From positions 112,778,001 through 112,842,000 of the forward strand of contig OX597819.1 of the NCBI GenBank assembly GCA_951406725.2: a DNA stretch of 64,000 nt, in the 5' to 3' direction. The stretch comes from Octopus vulgaris (Eukaryota). The notes beneath the pieces were generated by a model that worked only from the letters and a program-made list of their open reading frames with translations, searched no databases and had not been told where the DNA came from. Each line of letters starts with the position of its first letter. The stretch's first letter is position 1. Positions 1 to 13,793 of the stretch are shown piece after piece. The position numbers and the translations under genes were made by a program.

Positions 1-539
1 AACGTATGTATGTACATATGAGAGAGAGAGAGAGTATGTGTGAGTGTGGAGAGAGAGAGAAAGAAAGAGTGAAAAAGTGGGGAGAGAGAAAATGCATAAT
101 TTTTGTTTGCTTACTTCAGCCCTCAACACCTGATAAACTCATTGAGATAACATTGTGAAATGCATTGCACTAGACTTCCATTGCCAGAAGTTGTGAGTCT
201 ACTAATGACTTACCAGTTGACTCCTTTGACTGCCTCTCATTTCTTACCTCTCCAGGATTCCTGGAAAAATGGTCTTTGCAAAACCTACTCGATCTTCTTA
301 CTTTATTTCAAAATTTTGCCATAAAGGCATGACACAGAGTAGCTTGCGGGATGGACAAAAATATTAATGAGATGAATGATGAATGATATTGATGGGAGAA
401 GACAAAAGATGCCCATTGATTTTTTGCTTCTCTAAAACATTTTTTTTTTTTCTCAGGAAAAAAAAACAAAAAACAAAATGAGGTATTAAACCTCTTACTT
501 CAGTTCTTACAATTAATAGCCCATTACAAATTGAGGAGC

Positions 540-1600
540 TGAGCCTCTTACATACAATAACCATTCAGGCACTAAAGCCTCTTTATCCTTCCTTCCCGAC
601 CAGGCCGTATGCCTCCCATAGGCATTGCTCCAGCTCCAGGTCGGGGTCCCAGAAGGCGAACCTAAACTTGTACTTCGGGAAGGAGTCAATCACCCTGAAC
701 ATATCGACTTCCGATCTGACCTCTGTAGTCACTTGCAGAGGCCAATCCGGGTCTTTAGTTCAGGGCATGGGCTCCTCCCTCCGGCCCTCTAGCTTCCTTA
801 AGAAGCTTTGTATTGCCCCTCCTTTATGGAAGAAGATAACAAAATCATCTCTCTCCGTGCTGGGAGGGGCCACAGTTTCCTCTGTCAGTGGCACACTTCC
901 CACCGACAAAGTTTCAGGGCATGCCGGCAGTGTACCATCAACTGCCAGCAATGTCCTGTTCTTTTTCCTTTTTCTTTTTCTCCCCTTTGCTACAGGAGGG
1001 TGTGGTACCTCTGCTTTATCCAGATGATCTTCCTCCCCTCCTGCAGCCTTAGGGTCGTTTGGTGGGTAACCATTGTTGCCGACCTTCTTTCTTTTCTTTC
1101 CCTTTTTCGAGAAGTTCTCCACCTCCTCGACTGCCTCAATCTCTCCCTCCAATGGGGGAGTGGGGGGGGGGACACTGCTTCTATTAACTGCTCCAAGACC
1201 TTACCTTGGTCCTGGGGACAGTTTTTCTTAATGTGGCCCGGTTCCAGGAACAGGTGACACTTGGGGGATCTTCTTACTTGGTCATACCATCTCAGCTTCA
1301 TTTCCTTTATTGTTATACAAAGGTCTCCACATTTCTGTGGTTTAGTAACCCTGTATTTGTGATATACTCCAAGTACAAGATGCCTAAAACATTGTGGCTG
1401 CTTATCAGTTCCTGTGCCTATACCTTTTTCTGTATTTTCGCAGTGTAGGTCCACATCTAACGTGCATTTATGAAGAATGTGAGAACCCATACATACATGC
1501 AAGAGCCTGATCATGTTCTTCAAAGTGATGTTTCTAACTTCCTACATTAACATGGATCTGGTTAATGCAGTCATTGATTGTGTAGCTTATGTAAGGATTT
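540..1600 (-). mobile_element. Decayed L1/Tx1-like ORF1 (gag-like) fragment
   Basis: Frameshifted minus-strand ORFs with a degenerate zinc knuckle (KCHLFLEPGHIKKNCPQ) followed by a Lys/Arg/Glu-rich low-complexity region; boundaries approximate. Confidence 0.5.
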
Positions 1601-1779
1601 CATAAGCAATTAACCTCTCTCCATGAGTATTTGAACTGTCGCACAACCTCTGATTCCTTTCTTTGGCATCTGTTGTGGGTTTACTTGTTTTTTGGGGGTT
1701 TTTTTCAACACTGATGTCTGTTCCAAACTTCTGAATGTGCAATATGGTGTAATTGTATTATTATATAAGTGTATATCAG

Positions 1780-2125
1780 AGGGGCAGAGAGGTGTGGGGG
1801 GGGGGAGAAATAGAGAGAGGTGAGGGGAGAGGGAGAGAGGAGAGAAAGAAAGAGAGTTGAAGGGGGAGAGAGAGACAGAGACAGACAGACAGCCAGAGAC
1901 AGACAGACAGACAGGCAGACAGACAGACAGACAGGCAGGCAGGCAGACAGGCAGGAAGGCAGACATAGAGAGAGAGAGAGAGGGAGAAAGAGAGAGTTGG
2001 AAAGAGAGAGAGAGAGCTGGAAAGAGAGAAAGAAAGAGAAAGATGGAAACAGAGAGAGAGAGAGTGAGAGACAGATGGAGGTAGAGAGAAAGAGAGAGGC
2101 AGACAGACAGAGACAGACAGAGAAA
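1780..2125. repeat. (GA)n/(GACA)n purine-rich microsatellite tract
   Basis: Directly visible simple repeats. Confidence 0.9.
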
Positions 2126-3079
2126 GTATGTGTCTGGGATTGTATACTTTTCTTTCTTCCCTTTGTATCTTAAAGTCTTTTATTTTCTGCCTTTCACTTC
2201 CTCTCTTTCAGTTTGTACCTGTCACTCTCTCTCTCTTTCACTTCCTCCTCTGCATTTTATGTCTAGGCTTTTCCTCTGTATTGTACATTTTTTTCATTTT
2301 TGCTTTCATTTTTTGCCTCTTTCTCTCCTTCTCTCAGGCTCCATATATCTTTCTTTCTATTTAACTCTCTCCCATTCTTTCTCTTACACTTTCTCTATTT
2401 TTACCTCTATTTCTCTCTATATATGCCATTCTCTAAGTAAGTTTTTATCTGTTACTCTCCTCATTCTTTCCATTTTCTTCTTCCCCTCCAGTTGTTTTCC
2501 CCTCCAGTATCTTTCAAATTTATTCTGTCGTCCCCTAGTCAAAATGCCTACTCCCAGTAAATCTTTCTTTTGCCACACATTCATTCTCTATCTCAATGCA
2601 AGTTTTTCTAGCTTTCTACACACACACAGACAATCAGTAAATACATATTTCACCAGACACACACACACACACACATACATGTATACACATATATGCATAC
2701 TTACACACACATGCACATGCATACATACACACATACATATATTCTACAAAAACTCTCTGTCTCTGACACCATTTATTTATTAACTTATTTTTATTTGTTG
2801 TCATTCCCAACCTATTTATTAAAATATCCAACAGAGACAAATATCAGTCACATTGAACCAACACACAGTCAGCAAAGACTTTACTCAGTACATATACAAC
2901 ATAATGTCATGCACAAATGTAAGCCAGTGACAGAGTTTTTACATTGGTTGTACAACCAGTTTGAAATAGCAGCTAAATTCCTTCATGCCACACCTACTAT
3001 CTTTAAAAGATTATGCATTATCACTGGATTATGGGATTTTAGATACACTGTGCTTGGACACAAAACAAAAAAAAAATAC

Positions 3080-3388
3080 ATAGCTGTGGAGTCAAAACAA
3101 AAAACTTTGACTCCAACTCTGACTCCTGTACTATTAGCACCCCGGCTCTGATTCCAACTCCGACTCCTCTTTATGTAATCAAGTGATTGTGGTCTACATA
3201 TCTCATAAAGCATATGCATATGCTAGTACTTTGAGTAGGCCTATATGATATACCTGGTTTATATTAAAGAATAAAGACATTGTGAGTCGGAATCAGAGTC
3301 GGTATAGTTTTACTGACTCTGACTCCAGCTACCCCTTAACTGTTTCTGACTCCAACTCCATGACTCTGACTCCGCCTCCACAGCCCCG
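3080..3388. mobile_element. MITE with GACTCC/GGAGTC subterminal repeats (possibly hAT-like)
   Basis: Begins gctgtggag and ends ctccacagc (inverted termini); internal tandem GACTCC-like hexamers on both strands. Confidence 0.5.
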
Positions 3389-4408
3389 ATGGTTACATCA
3401 TAATTCTTTTCAGTCAGGGCTGAAGAAGGATTGAAAACCAACCATGTTGTAGAAAATAACACTATGAAACCATTACTGTCATTTGAAAACAAGAATGGCT
3501 TGCTAACATGTACCATGCTTTCATTAATTGTTTTAGGTGCCTATATGGTTGTAAGCAGACACAGACACCACCTCAGCCCTCCCACTCTTGATCCAGAGGA
3601 ACACTGAGGGTGTGACAACTAGAGGGTGAGAGGGCTACACCAGCACTTGGCTTCAGGGCAACACATTACCCAGTTCAGGAATCAAACCTATGATTTTATG
3701 ATTGTGAACCCAACATACTAATCATCAGTCCACATGGCATCGGACAGTTCAAAGATAGATTAGGATAAAAGTACGACAGAATCACATACATCAGTTTTCC
3801 CTTTGTTTTCCATGTGCCATCAAAAGCATTGACCCTTCTTGTTTTTCATGAGACTAGATCTCAAAGTACTCAAACAGCACATGTTCTTACAAAGATAATG
3901 AAATACAAATTTATAAATGGCCAGCAATGTACACAGTCAAAAATAGCATATATGTTTGCACAGTGATCCAGGTCGTCACTTTTAACACGTTTTCAGAATA
4001 CATTGATAGAAATTAGGTTACATAAATGTATTTGTAGAAAAAAGTATTAAACATATATTCATGTTTGCACAAGTCACTTAGATAATTCGATATTTTGTGT
4101 AAGTAGTGTTATTAACACATGTGGCTTCACAAAAAGATGATAAAGCTATGTAATGTCTCATTTAGCTACAATGTTCCTCGTGTAGAGATTAACTAAAAGG
4201 GAATAGAATTACTGTTGATTGTTGCATCTGAAAAGAATAAGTGCAGATAATCAAACAGGAGAGTGCTGAGTGGAAGAACTAAGGGAGAGAACTGATTTTA
4301 GTTCCTGTTTATGTAGCCAAATTGGCTGATATATTCCTAGTCTCTGATTGGTTAATAAAAATCTTTGAAGCATAAGCTACTAAAGCAACACCTGTTGTAT
4401 AGAGATAG

Positions 4409-4659
4409 CTATATATCACCATCAAGGAAAGGAAAAGCAGATTGTGCCGTTTGCGAGAAGAGATTCAATAGATTGCAGTGTGGTAGCTGCTCTACTAAGC
4501 AGGTCACTCCGAATGGCAAGTTGAGTCGTATACAAGTGATCTTTTTTGCCTCGATCTCTTTGAACAAGTCAGGTGGGACATCGACGCTGACGATGGTGAG
4601 ACCACCACTACCACTGCCAATGTCCAAAAATGGCAATTCTGCCGGTGATGCTACAATTC
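4409..4659 (-). CDS. Putative terminal coding exon of an unidentified host gene
   Basis: Acceptor-like ttgctgttttccAG, then an open frame GIVASPAELPFLDIGSGSGGLTIVSVDVPPDLFKEIEAKKITCIRLNLPFGVTCLVEQLPHCNLLNLFSQTAQSAFPFLDGDI*; non-repetitive; retains many CpGs within CpG-poor flanks. No family recognised. Confidence 0.3.
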
Positions 4660-5299
4660 CTGGAAAACAGCAATCAATAAACACCGTAACAGAATAAGAG
4701 GTGACGAAAACTGGTTGCTGATGTAAATATTCTAATAGGAATGAATAATAATATAAATGTTGGATCAGTCAAGGTACTGAGAGAACCATTCTGTGCACAC
4801 ATGTGAAAGGTGAAACTAGTGAGATGGTCTACACCATGGTTGCACAAGAGTGAAAACAGGATCTTCAAGATAAATGCACAAAGGTATACGTAAGTCTGCA
4901 TTATGTGTGAGCAAGATGCATTTGAAGCTCGCAAGCTTCCTTATGTGTGTGTTTTGAATCCTGTAGAGATAACAAATGTAGAAAATATGAGATGTGTTTG
5001 AGATAACAACCATGAAGTTGCATGTCAATTTTTCCTTATTTTTCAGCTGCCACCAGGTTCAATCTCTTCCAGTCTGAGTAGTATTAGGATTCAAAAGCAT
5101 CATATAGGTGTGGAAACTGCATTCTATTTTCCTGACATAGATTCAAAACAGCATCTAAAAATTCTTGCTTGCCAGATCCACCTGCTATTTGCTGACCAAG
5201 CAGGAAAATCTCTTTGTCCTGTCAAAGGGATTGATGAGTTTCCACTTGACCTCCTGGTTGCATCATGGAAAGTTCATATGGACAGCAAGTGATCTAAAT

Positions 5300-5560
5300 G
5301 AGTCACATACTCTGACTACCTCAATTACCTTATCAACCCATTTCTCTGCAAGAAGTATACCCATGCCTCCGACCCCAGACAGTGTTCCCTGCCCAGAAAA
5401 TCTTATACCTGTGTTCTTTGCCTGTGAGGAACTTAGTGGAACCTCCTCTCCACCTTACTTCTTGGATGCAGCACAAATCTACATGTCTCTATTCAAGCAT
5501 CTCAACAATCTCACCAGACCTACCTTTCAGGTTGAGTGTGCCAACTCTGAGGGTGTGGGA
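5300..5560 (-). mobile_element. RTE-clade LINE apurinic endonuclease N-terminal fragment
   Basis: Minus-strand translation LRVGTLNLKGRSGEIVEMLE*RHVDLCCIQEVRWRGGSTKFLTGKEHRYKIFWAGN..GVGGMGILLAEKWVDKVIEVVRVCD, with a stop and a frameshift. Confidence 0.8.
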
Positions 5561-6965
5561 CATGTGGACCTGTGAGACCCTGGGATGAGGGACAGCAGTG
5601 TCATGTATCTGAAAAGAAGGGGTTTGTATGATTGTGTATAGAGGGATATATATTATTCAAAGAAATTCCAACTCTGTCTGTTTTTTATGTTGTATTTATA
5701 TTCTTTATAATATTAATGTAGAATATAGAATATATAGTATAAATAATATATATATAGTAAAATGAAATGAAGTATTGATTGTCTTATTGAATAGATGAAA
5801 TATTGAATATAAAATATTAAGGGACTAGTATACTTTCTTGCATTATAGCAGTCTTCAAAGCCCCAGGTTGTGACAGGAGTGTTTCAACATATACATGTGT
5901 GTGTGTGTGTGTGTGTATAATTAAGATTCTGTTGGATTAGGTACTTAAATTGAGGCACCTTGCTTGGTCGGTATAATCCACACAGCCAAACAATATTAAT
6001 TGAATATTGAATATCAAGACTCCATGTAGGGGTGTTTGTACCTGATATTCCTGCCATGAATGCAGACAATGCAACCCAGCTAAGTGAAGATATCCACTCA
6101 TGGTAATTCAGATATGTGCTTTCTATAAAGGTACTTTCTATAGTATTTCCGAATTGCAGATTCCAAGTTAGGTGAATAAAATGTAAATGAGTAACAAAGA
6201 TGTACAGGTGTCAGTTCCTTACAGCTGTTTCAAGTGACTCCTTTAATTGATTAATGAAAACATTACATCATTTGAAAGAAACCATTCTTGTCAGATGACT
6301 GCAAAGGCTTCAGACATCAGGGATGCAAAAATTCCCTAGCATATTCACATCAATAATTGAACTCAAAATATTTACATTGTTTCTTTTGTCATATCTGTGG
6401 CAGAATGAGTTTAGAAAATAATACATACTTTGTCAAGTCTGCAATAATTTAGAGAGTAACAGAGGAAATAGTTAGGCTCAGGATAAGAAGAATGGTGACC
6501 TAGTTACTTACACTTAGAAGACTTTATGTTGAATGTAGTCTTCAACCATTTAGAGCCAAATCCATTGGGAGTTGTCAACTGTATTCCAGTTAATGGTGAT
6601 AAATCAATCAGATAATCTACAAGACTCTCAATGTACTGGAACCATATATCCAGCTTTATCTACACAAAAGGGTAGGGCGTAGGGTTAGTAGTAAGGGAAT
6701 GCCTGATGGGGAAGAGGTGATAATTGGAAGAAAGAAGGATAGGGATGACCAATACCGATTTTCAGTATCATATTAAAAGGGAATATAATGAAAAACCAAA
6801 GGGATAAGTAATATAGACTTTTTAGCTGTTCGATCAGCTTAACTACCAGATTCATTGAACTAGCGTGCAAGTGGTTGAGTATTCCATAGGCACGAGTAAC
6901 TTTAACGTAATTCTCAGAGGAAACAACGTGACTCAGTCTGATAAGGCTGGACCTTTGAATTCAGG

Positions 6966-7721
6966 GGATCTTTTCCTTTTGAACGGCAGTTTTCAACACA
7001 ATTTCTAGTTAACTAAACACTTTTAAACTCCGTATACTGGTAGAATGTGTCAAAATAAAATATTTTTTTCTCTTGGCTTTCTTGAGAAAATTGTAACTTG
7101 TAAGTTTAACGTAGTTTAATTTTTCGAATTTTAACCAATCGATTGCCTCTATTGAGCTAAAATCATTTGCTGCGTCTAAAACAGACAACATCCTGTCACT
7201 AACCCTAACCCTAACCCTAACCCTAAATTTTAGCCTTTCGTTTTTTTTTTTCTTAATTGTTAAATTAATTTAATTGTTACGCGTGTATCTAAAATTATTC
7301 GTTTTGTTTTTGTTTTGAGTTTTTGCTTTCGTTTTAGCCTTTCGTTTTTTTCTTAATTGTTAAATTAAAATTATTTTCCATTGCTTTCGTTTTTTTTTTC
7401 TTAATTGTTATCCTTAAATTAATTTAACAATTAAGAAAAAAAAAACGAAAGGCTAAAATTTAGGGTTAGGGTTAGGTTGAGGGTTAGTGACAGGATGTTG
7501 TCTGTTTTAGACGCAGCAAATGATTTTAGCTCAATAGAGGCCATAGGATTGGTTAAAATTCGAAAAATTAAACTACGTTAAACTTACAAATTACAATTTT
7601 CTCAAGAAAGCCAAGAGAAAAAAATGTTTTATTTTGACACATTCTACCAGTATACGGAGTTTAAAAGGGTTTAGTCAACTAGAAATTGTGTTGAAAACTG
7701 CCGTTCAAAAGGAAAAGATCG
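6966..7721. mobile_element. Foldback Merlin-like MITE with ~300-bp inverted arms containing (CCCTAA)n/(TTAGGG)n
   Basis: GGATCTTTTCCTTTTGAACGGCAGTTTT...AAAACTGCCGTTCAAAAGGAAAAGATC; arms ~6966-7273 and ~7414-7721 are near reverse complements; first ~200 bp homologous to the element at 9319. Confidence 0.75.
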
Positions 7722-8286
7722 TCAAGTACGGACGTTAATCTAATATTCCTTATAAAGTATCCGAGACAGAAACGGGATTATGGGAGATAAACGATGCGAT
7801 AGATTAGCAATATTCACACGCACATGATGACAAAATTACATTCTCGCTTACGGCACTCACATAATACTCATACAAATATTAAACTTCAGACACACTCACT
7901 ACGTTCATACAGACAACACACATGCAACACTTACAGAGACAGCACACACATACACCTAATATATATAGAAACGAAACCTCTCCAACACACAACGGTCACA
8001 GACAACAGTTACACAACACGCGAGCGCACTCACGCACGCATGCGCACACAGCCATCATATAAACGGCCATATACACTTAATATTGACAGAAGCGACAGGT
8101 ATATACACATTTTCTTTCAAGTGACTGTAACCGAAACACGTTTCACCACGCAACAGCGAGAATCTCTGTCCGCCGTTGGCTTTGGTATATCTTGAGTTTT
8201 ATGTAATGTTTGCTTATAACATCAATGTTGTGAAGTGACCTTCGTCCTCATGCAACAATTATTTCCAATGACTTCTTTAGTAAATA

Positions 8287-8748
8287 CAGGTCGTCGTCGA
8301 CTTACGACCTATCCGACTTACGACCGAACGACCTTACGACGACTGGCGAGTGAGCTGTCGGCAGCAATAATAAATAGCCCGGTCGAAATTTAATGGGTTT
8401 AATTTCTTACAAATTTTAACCCGTCTACGGATGATGTCAGTTAACAAACGCTTCCCCTAGGTTTGGTTATCGATCGCCACTGTGTTGGATGAACATCCTG
8501 TCGCGGAGACATCGAGGCAACCTCGTATTTGCTTATAAGACGACTTCTTGAAACTCCGAAATTTTTGACTAACACCAGTATAATAGTACAATACAGAATG
8601 CTGTGTGTGTGACTTTTACCTGAGAATGTACCTTAAGAATGTGAAAATGTAAAACACAGCTATGTTGGCCTATAGGCCGACTTACGACCAATTCGACTTA
8701 CGACCAGCCAGTCGGAACCAATTTTGGTCGTAAGTCGATGACGACTTG
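8287..8748. mobile_element. Tigger/pogo-like MITE
   Basis: TIRs CAGGTCGTCGTCGACTTACGACC / GGTCGTAAGTCGATGACGACTTG flanked by TA; subterminal CGACTTACGACC repeats. Confidence 0.8.
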
Positions 8749-9192
8749 TACCATGTACGATTCAGCCACGGATAGAACCCGTATCGCAAACTTGGCTTGC
8801 TGATTAATCTGTAAAGACAATTCTTAGACCTAGCGACATCATGCAGGAACAGTTACAATGCATCTGACAAATTTCTGCACAGTATCTGTATATCATATGT
8901 TCTCTCAAGAAGATATTCGCTCATGGGGTCAACCCAGAAACACATGATTACGAATTAACGCTCATAATAGCACGATAGTGTCGGCGTTTATATCTTTAAT
9001 TTTATTCCGTTTTCCCCGCTTTTTTAAAGGGATATGATATGAAGATAGGATTGCTTTGAGCGTTTATCTTTACTGATTACTTTAAATGATATCTTCACAT
9101 TTAAATCAAAATAAATACCGGGAGGGTCAAGATGCTCAATTGATCACAATGTACAAAACTCACATGTCACGTATGTGAATATGAGTGCGTGC

Positions 9193-9239
<47 letters not shown>

Positions 9240-9318
9240 TGAGTATTCGAATGCTATTTGAATTAACATTGAAAATATTTTTATCTAAGTGTTTTATAGG
9301 GTTTTTTTTATAGCTCTG

Positions 9319-9736
9319 GGATCTTTTCGGTTTGAACGGCAGTTTTTAGCATAATTTCTAGGTAACTAAAAAATTTTAAACTTCGTATACTGGTAGAATG
9401 TGTCTATAAAACATCTTTTTCTCTTGGCTTTATTAAGAAAATTCTATGGTTTGTAAGATATTTGTTGTTTTTTTTCTTGAATTTCTGCAATTTCAACCAA
9501 TCAATGACATCTATTGAGGTAAAAAAAACATTCTGTGCCGTATGAATATGTCCCTCGTTTAAGAAACAGATTGGGTTTATTTACATTTGTGAAGAAAAAA
9601 AGATACCCTTCCCCCACCCCTAACCCTAACCCTAAAACAGATTGAAATGCAAGAGATCGATACTAGGGTCATGATTATGGGTGACAATTTCATATGACAC
9701 CGCTAGAAAAAACTGCCGGTCAAACCGAAAAGATCC
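9319..9736 (+). mobile_element. Merlin-like MITE carrying a (CCCTAA)n tract
   Basis: TIR GGATCTTTTCGGTTTGA.CGGCAGTTTT; perfect 8-bp TSD TAGCTCTG (9311-9318, 9737-9744); GG termini plus 8-bp TSD fit the Merlin superfamily. Confidence 0.75.
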
Positions 9737-9749
9737 TAGCTCTGTTCTT

Positions 9750-10838
9750 CTACAACTTATGTTTATCGTTTTCATGAAATTTGAATAAATTTTACCTTTT
9801 TTCAGATGTATGATGATAGAGCGCCAAGCAGAAAGATAAAAATTAGCATTTTCCACACCTGCTTTTCTTCACTTTCAGTTCGAGGTTCCAAAGTTGTCAA
9901 AGCCACTCGAGATATTTGTGCTGTGTACGGAGAAATTATGTTCATATTTCAGGGACGGGAAATTCGACGTTACAGATTCTCTGCGTTCTGGACGACTTGT
10001 TCGCTTCATCGGAGATGATTGAATGACCTCATCCACAAGGACCCGAGCCAATCCACTGGTGAATTGACCTAGCGGGTGAGATGCTCAGAAGATATCATCG
10101 TTCATCACCTTCACTCGATGGCTAAAGCCCCAAAACTCGAGACAAACTCCAGTACGAAAGAGACAAACTCCAGACTCATTTGACACCAGACTACTCATGA
10201 ACACAAAGAGAGATTTCTTTACTGTGTCGTCACTGGCGTTGAAAAACACTGCCTTTGCGTTAATATGAAGTATAGGAGAGAAGGTCTGCGAGTCCGAAGA
10301 AGCAAGCAAAAACTCGAGCCAAGCCAGAGCAGCATCCATGCAAGACAATGGTCAGCATTTGGAAGGGCTAGTCCACTACTAAATGTTTGAAAATAGTGCA
10401 AAGCTTTGCATTCAGAAAATGCATCAGTTCAACGAGGCAATCCAGCTGGAACGGTCAGACCGACGACACGGCATGCTTCTTCAACACAAAAACGCTTGTC
10501 CCCACATCGCTAATTTGGCCAAAAATGCTATACAAGAACTTGGGAAGTTCTATCACACCCACCGTAGTCACCTATTATAGATCATTCCGTCTTTTTCAGA
10601 CGCTCTGCAACAGTCTGCGAGGCGCCTTTTTCAACAACGACGTAGAACTGAAAACGTGGCTCGATGAATTCTTCGAGTCAAGAACCGCTGATTTTAACTT
10701 TTAAGGCATTGATTGACAAGTTAGGGAAAAGCTGGCAAGAAGTCGTGAACAATGAAGGAGAATATGTTATTGATTGCTTTGTTAAAACTTTTGATGAAAA
10801 ATAAACAAAAAGAAAAAAAACCAACGAATTTATCAGAC

Positions 10839-10842
<4 letters not shown>
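9750..10842 (+). mobile_element. Decayed mariner transposon
   Basis: Fragments KATRDICAVYGE (HTH), LLQHKNACPH (HDNARPH), HPP.SP, KTWLDEFFESRTADF, IDKLGKSWQEVVNNEGEY; many stops and frameshifts. Confidence 0.8.
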
Positions 10843-10892
<50 letters not shown>

Positions 10893-10929
10893 GTAGGGAT
10901 CTAGCTTGATCCTGCCTGAGATTTGAAAC

Positions 10930-11200
10930 CAAATCTACCTGCTTGTCGCTTGTAGTGTAGGAAAATAGGGATTATGCTGGCTTCCCCGCCGGTGTCAACA
11001 AGGAAACGCGTACCTGTTATACGATCGTAAACGAAAAACAGGCGACTTCGTGGGTGAGAACCAGGAACTTCCGTTACGTTCAATTCCTGGCTGTGTCGTT
11101 TCTCGAACGGGATCCTGAAAACGAGCATGAGATCATGCATTTCTGCGCCCGTGTTCCGAACGTTCGGTGGTGCCAACATTTGGTTTAAAATCTCAGACAG
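10930..11200 (-). mobile_element. Ty3/Gypsy gag-protease junction fragment
   Basis: CWHHRTFGTRAQKCMISCSF (gag C-terminal Cys/His motif) followed in another frame by SRLFFVYDRITGTRFLVDTGGEASIIP (aspartic protease DTG). Confidence 0.8.
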
Positions 11201-11439
11201 GGTCAATCTAGGCCCCTACATATATATATATATATGAAAAACTTTATGGTACATAAACAAATTTAACTTGTACTTTTAAAGATGTTCTTTAGGATAACAT
11301 GAAATATTGAACTTCAGATGGAATAAAGTAAAATATAGCTATGAATAAAAAGTGCGTAGATTATGAATTTTGATTGAAGGAGTGGGACCTCGAAATAAAA
11401 AGTTGCAGGGACCCTCTAAAAGTCACGCGACGGAGCTGA

Positions 11440-11925
11440 GGGTGCTGTGTTGTTTTTGATTTTGTAACTGGCAGACTTCTCGAGATTGGTGTCGTTGAGG
11501 GAGTATGTAAAGGCTGGGGGTTTTTCCTCCCGAAGTACATGGTGACGCACTTGTCCACGGCTAGCTCGAATTGCCTGTCAGAAATCCATTGCTGCATTGT
11601 GTCCAGGTCTGATTGCAGCAATGATTTATAGCGCATAGGATCTGTTCTTTGTATCTCGGGGTACAGCTGGATATCATCTGCATATTTCAACACTGTAACA
11701 TTCTTCAAGTTGGCATCTATTTCATTAATATAGGCAACAAACAGTAGGGGTCCAAGAACGGGTCCCTGTGGTACACAAGAAGTCATCTCGTAGAGTGAAG
11801 AATGGTGTCCTAGAAGCGTAACTACTTCTTTCCATCCGAGAATGAAGAACTTCAGCCAGATATAGAGATTAATCTTTCACACCCATTGCAGAGTTTTGCC
11901 ATGATTCGTTAGTGTGGCACAGAAT
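11440..11925 (-). mobile_element. CR1-like LINE reverse transcriptase fragment
   Basis: SCVPQGPVLGPLLFVAYINEI...LKYADDIQLY...LQSDLDTMQQW...DKCVTMYFG. Confidence 0.85.
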
Positions 11926-11955
11926 TGAATGCTTTACACACACACACACGTATGT

Positions 11956-11994
<39 letters not shown>

Positions 11995-12474
11995 TACTTT
12001 TACTTCTTTCAGCTAGAAATTGTGGCCATGCTGAGTACTGCCATTTATATGATTCTTGCCTTATTTCATTTCATTTCCACGACTTTCTCTACGTGTTTGG
12101 TCCAGATGAAGCAGTGAATTGGAGAATGTTGAATTTATTTGCGTTCTTGCCCTCATGTGGGTTCATCTGGTGTCTCAGTTGAAAAGTTATCCAAATGTTC
12201 TTTGAACACATCCACATCTATGCTTCGTAGATCTCGTGGGACCTTGAATCCTGATCAGTCAAAATATTACTCTAGATGGAAGGGGTAAGATCTTTAGTAC
12301 TATGCTGTGGTGAACAGATCAGGGACTGGTAAAGCTTTCAACTCCAAAGTTAGATACTACAGATTCTAGGATCTTACACACACACGCGCACACACACACA
12401 TACACACACACTCACACACACATATATTCATACATGCATATATACATACATATATACATACATACATACATAAA

Positions 12475-12567
<93 letters not shown>

Positions 12568-12792
12568 AGATAAAAGTGTCATTGAGACCCAAAGGTATCA
12601 GGTAATGCCGAATAAGTGCTATAGACAGACCATAGTTAAGTTCCAGATTCGGTAATTTTGCGAACAGCCTTGGTTTTTTATTTTTATCTTATTATATATA
12701 AAAAATTCATATAATAGTTTATGAAAATAAACAAAAGACGAAGCAGGTGAAAACAAACGAACAATTGTATTATATATATAAATAAAACAAGT

Positions 12793-12828
12793 CTTTAACG
12801 TTTCGAGCCTACGCTCTTCAACAGAAAG
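12793..12828 (-). ncRNA. Degenerate minimal type-I hammerhead ribozyme motif in a Penelope-like terminal fragment
   Basis: cttt-CTGTTGA-A-GAGC gtag GCTC-GAAA-CG-TT-aaag (A6 mutated). Confidence 0.4.
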
Positions 12829-12838
12829 ATACACAGAG

Positions 12839-12890
<52 letters not shown>

Positions 12891-13401
12891 CCACAATTCG
12901 CATAGATATGCTGAGACATTCACGTAGCCGTAAAACAACAAGTGTTGAATGGAAAGGTGTACAAAACTGACTGCACCTGTGTATTATGTTGTTCAACAAG
13001 AAACGTTTCTGCTTCGTGTATTTTTATATGCATTCCAATAAATGTGTGTTGGCGTATGTGGGAGTGCCAGCGAGCATCAGTCTGTGTGTAGGTGTGTGTC
13101 TGTGTACTTTTTTTCTAAGCACTGATATGCATGTGTGTATGCATTAGTGGTCAAATATGCTCGTTGGACGCATGAGGATTATGTATGTGTATGTAGTGGG
13201 GTACGCGTCTTTGTGCTTTTGTATCCATTGGTGAACCACGACGACGAAACTTAGATCAGTCTTAAGTCCTGATTAAGCAGATTGATAAATCAAAAACATT
13301 CCAGCTTTGAGGTCCGAATGAAAGGCTTCACTGACCTACGCGTTGTACATGTGAATCCGTTCAAAGAACAATTAGACATATTCTTATCTGTTATACTATA
13401 C

Positions 13402-13699
13402 TAGTCGTTGTCAACCGAGGTTCACATGATCTTTGGGGGTCCGTACAATATTTTGTAGTTAAATATAATAAGCAATAAATTGGTTATAATTCAGCAATAC
13501 ACAAAATATGTTAATAATTTTTTTTTATACAATCATAGGCACAGGTGTAACTGTGTGGTAAGAAGCTTGCTTCCCAACTCCACGATTCCACGTTCAGTCC
13601 CACTGCGTGTCACCTTGGGCAAGTGTTTTCTGCTATAACTTAGGGCCGATCAAAACTTTATGAGTGGATTTAGTAGACAGAAACTGAAAGAAGCCCATC

Positions 13700-13793
<94 letters not shown>

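Noticed and set aside
4590-4635. FLDIGSGSG resembling SAM-methyltransferase motif I
   Set aside because: No helix spacing before the next strand and no later motifs; the frame stops soon after, so it may be chance
4365-4697. Plus-strand ORF with CAVC...CGSC (FYVE/zinc-finger-like)
   Set aside because: Lacks RRHHCR and further ligands; probably the antisense shadow of the minus-strand frame
7199-7487. Telomeric repeats as a chromosome-fusion scar
   Set aside because: Tracts are short, oriented CCCTAA...TTAGGG (not fusion orientation) and lie inside a TIR element family
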